The notes under the pieces were generated by a model. The model was not told the origin of the DNA. It searched no databases and saw only the letters and a program-made list of their open reading frames with translations. A DNA stretch of 18,380 nt, taken from the NCBI GenBank assembly GCA_965213685.1, contig CBDBZY010000057.1:1-18380 (forward strand), written 5' to 3'. A program made the translations under genes and the position numbers. The DNA is from a bacterium. GTDB taxonomy: Bacteria; UBA8248. Positions 1 to 18,380 of this stretch are shown here, in pieces (positions within the stretch are counted from its first letter, which is position 1; every line of letters starts with the position of its first letter).

Positions 1-194
1 CTGTAATGAGGTGTCTGGGGCAACTGGTGACCACGCCCCCTACAAGTAACCACACCCACTAAACTCTGTGTGCCCCCAGCACAGCACTATGGTATAGGGT
101 GTGTTGCTGTGCTGGGTATTGACAATGAACATGTGTGGTGGTATTGACAGTGTACATGTGTCTACACTGGAAGGACTAAGGGCATTTGTGTTGA

Positions 195-345
195 TACCCA
201 CACTCCCTGTCATCCAGTGCAGCTGATGAGGCCTGGTAACGTGTATTAGCAGTGAAATGCTTCCTGTGCATTGGGTGACTGTTGAACATCTAGGCCTGAG
301 GGCAGTTCGTGGCCTGGGGAGTTGTGGTTCTCGGTTTATTCATGT
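195..345 (+). repeat. Interspersed repeat of about 150 bp carrying the hammerhead motif, copy 1
   Basis: Shares TACCCACACTCC, CCTGTGCATTGGGTGACTGTT, ACATCTAGGCCTGAGGGC and GCCTGGGGAGTTGTGGT with 2807-2960. Confidence 0.85.
209..279 (+). ncRNA. Degenerate type I hammerhead ribozyme motif, copy 1
   Basis: GUCAUCCA-GUGCAG-CUGAUGA(223-229)-imperfect stem II-GAAA(254-257)-UGC-UUC-CUGUGC-AU-UGGGUGAC. Stem I arms pair, with G-U pairs. Core boxes are intact; stems II and III are decayed. Confidence 0.6.
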
Positions 346-1192
346 ATTGTGGATAGGGTGTGGTGTGTGTGTGTGTGTTGCATACTGCAGAGGCATGGGA
401 ACACACTGACATTGTATTGTGTGTACGTTACATATTGCAGGCACTGATAATGTAGTATTGTACTGTAGGGAGTATACTACTAGCTACTGTCTCGGTTGTG
501 AGAGGCATGCCCATATGTAGTCATAGATATATCAGGTTAGCTGGCTGTGAGGGAGAGAGGGGGGTGAGGGAGGACTGGGGGCAGCCATGAGGTGGGGGAG
601 GGGGAGAGAGGGTTAGGGGCAGGGCAGGGAGGGGAGGCTAGCTACTGCCTGGTAAGGAATTGGGAGAGAGAGTGGGAGGGAGGGCAGGGAGACAAGAGGT
701 GAGGGAGGGGTATGTTTTGCATTAGGTATGGCCCTTTGTGCAATGAAGCCTCCTTATGGCCCTCAAATGCCAAACTAGCTCTAACCTGCCCACATTCCTG
801 TAATAAACTGGTAGGACATGTCCAGCTGGGCCCCAGGTAGGGGAATCCCCCCCATGTAAACCATTCATGTACTTTCCATGTATCCAATTACATGCTCTAC
901 AAATGATGTACATGGGGGCATGCACGCACATGGCGTGGGTGGGGCTTGTGACTGTGGGGGTGTGGTTGCTGGGGGGGCTCATCTGATGTGGTGTTTGCCA
1001 ACATTGCCATATGTTCTGTGGTGATGAATGTGTCTGGACGGAAGGGAGGAGGAAGGAGGGGGTGGGAGGGAGGAAGGAGGAGGGTGGAACAGAATGGCTT
1101 AGAAGAGGTGGAGGAGGGAGGAAAAAGAGGGATTGTTGGAAAGGGAATGGCTTACCTGTGAAAAAGAACTGGATGGATCCCTCTCCTCATTC

Positions 1193-1255
<63 letters not shown>

Positions 1256-2268
1256 GAGCCTAGCAGTCTGTGGTCTGACTTCCTACTAGTGCTGTGGCCA
1301 GACAATGGCCAATGAATGGCATTGTCTGCTAATGTTGCTAAGTTGCTAAGTGACCATTTACTGCTGTTGAAGACACTTTTATGCTTCGTGGTATGTCAGA
1401 GGATGGCCTCTCAATCCCTACCCCCCCTCCCTCCCTCTCACACCCCTTACCTCTCACCCTCTCCTCCCTCCCTCCTCCTCTCTCTCTCTGCTGTCCCTCT
1501 CACACCCCTTACCCCTCCTTCCTCTCTTCCTCTCACCCTCCCTCACTCTCTCCCTGTCAACCACCCACCCCCTCCCCCTCCCTCTCACACCCCCCTCACC
1601 ACCTGCTCCTCACCTCCACCAAATGCAGTGTAGCTGCCCCCCAATGCTTTCTCTTGCAGCAGAGAACGTCATCGGAACAGAGTAGATTGTGTAATACTCT
1701 GTAATACACAGCTCCAAGCAGTCCTGCACATAACACCTCCAGTCATGTGGACACCTCACTAAACAGAACAATTGTTTTGCATAGTAACAAAGACGCTGTT
1801 ATTTAAGAAAAATATTTCACCTATTCATTTGCGGCACAGACACCCTGTCTTGATAATGGTGCGAGTTTAGTCAAGTTTAGCTCAATTTCTCGACTAATGC
1901 TCTTTACTTTCCACATTAGCTACGGTAGCAGTGGAGCCAGATTGCTTAATGTCCTCACCCCTCCTCTCCTCACACCTCCCCTCCCCTCTTCACATCGTCC
2001 TTCCCTCTCTCCCTCTGCCCTTCCTCCCCCCTCCTCTTTGCATAATCCTCCTCCTTCTCTTCCTGCTCCTCCTCCTCCTCCCTCTCTACTTGCCCTCCTT
2101 TCTCCTCCCCCTTCCTCATATCCTCCTCCACCTCCTCTCTCCTCCTCCCCCCTCCCTCACATCCTCCTCCCTCCTCCCTCCTCCCCCTCCTCACCCCCTC
2201 CTCCCTCCTCCTCCCTTCCCCTCCCCCCCTCACTCATGTCCTCCTCCCTTCTCCCCCCTCCCTCACAG

Positions 2269-11870
<9,602 letters not shown>

Positions 11871-12115
11871 CTGTGAGGACCCACCTATGTAGCCGACTGT
11901 GTTCCAATAGGAGCCCACCAGGGACACTAGTGTGTGCATTTGATTATTGTGCAGCAAAGCAATCTGATTGGTCAGCACATGGTCTGGTCATTCCTGCCCC
12001 TCTCTCTGGTGGGTGTGGTCAGAGGGGTGTGGTATGTGGTGGAGAGTTATGAGATGGGGACTGGGCCTGAGAGCTGCTCACTGCTAGTGAGCTGACATGT
12101 AACCATGGAGACTAG

Positions 12116-13579
<1,464 letters not shown>

Positions 13580-13588
13580 ACAGTACCC

Positions 13589-13653
<65 letters not shown>

Positions 13654-13845
13654 TGCACACACACGCACACATGTGGACACACTCACACATGCACACGTTC
13701 ACACACAAATGCAGAGCACAGGCACAGACACAGTCTAGGATGGCTGTGCAGTGGTAGTGGTTGTGAAGGAAGTGATGCATGTACATCTGATCAGTACCAC
13801 ATGCACATGAGTACCTGGGCAGGGGGTTAAAAAGGAAATCACCAT

Positions 13846-13876
<31 letters not shown>

Positions 13877-14090
13877 ATCCACACACACAGATGGATCACA
13901 GCACTCCCCACCCTCTTGTAACTAGCACCTGGAGGACATCTTATGTTTGCTCAGAAAAATCACTGTAAGAGGTTTTTCACACAACAAACCAAAAACACCA
14001 ATAATTATAACAATGTACAGACACAGAGGTTGGAGGTGTGTCATTCTACCCTGCAATGCTGTGTCAGACACAGTGCAGTGAGTTCAGATC

Positions 14091-18380
<4,290 letters not shown>

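Noticed and set aside
1289-1315. VLWPDNG as a piece of the missing MIB1 exon 1 (VVWDNG)
   Set aside because: It has an extra Pro, an immediate stop and no flanking similarity.

Overview
Eukaryotic (animal) genomic DNA, rich in introns and microsatellites, with two convergent genes. The sponge-like origin is inferred from gene style only. On the + strand are 18 exons (2269-11870) of a Mind bomb 1 (MIB1) E3 ubiquitin ligase with ZZ, MIB/HERC2, two MIB repeats, ankyrin repeats and three RINGs; its first coding exon is not in the window. On the - strand is the 3' part of a ROCO-family gene that splices in frame as Roc-COR / 84-nt linker exon / protein-kinase exon / identical 84-nt linker exon / death domain, with all four introns in phase 1. 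The kinase exon lies between two 200-bp direct repeats that differ at one base, which looks like a very recent exon-shuffling event or a removable kinase cassette. Non-coding features: two degenerate type I hammerhead-ribozyme repeats, two MITE-like inverted-repeat elements, a tRNA-like (SINE) fragment, a triplicated intergenic unit, and introns with (GGGA)n at the 5' end and complementary (TCCC)n at the 3' end. Most ORFs in the supplied track are simple-repeat artefacts. All exon models and alignments were made by eye.
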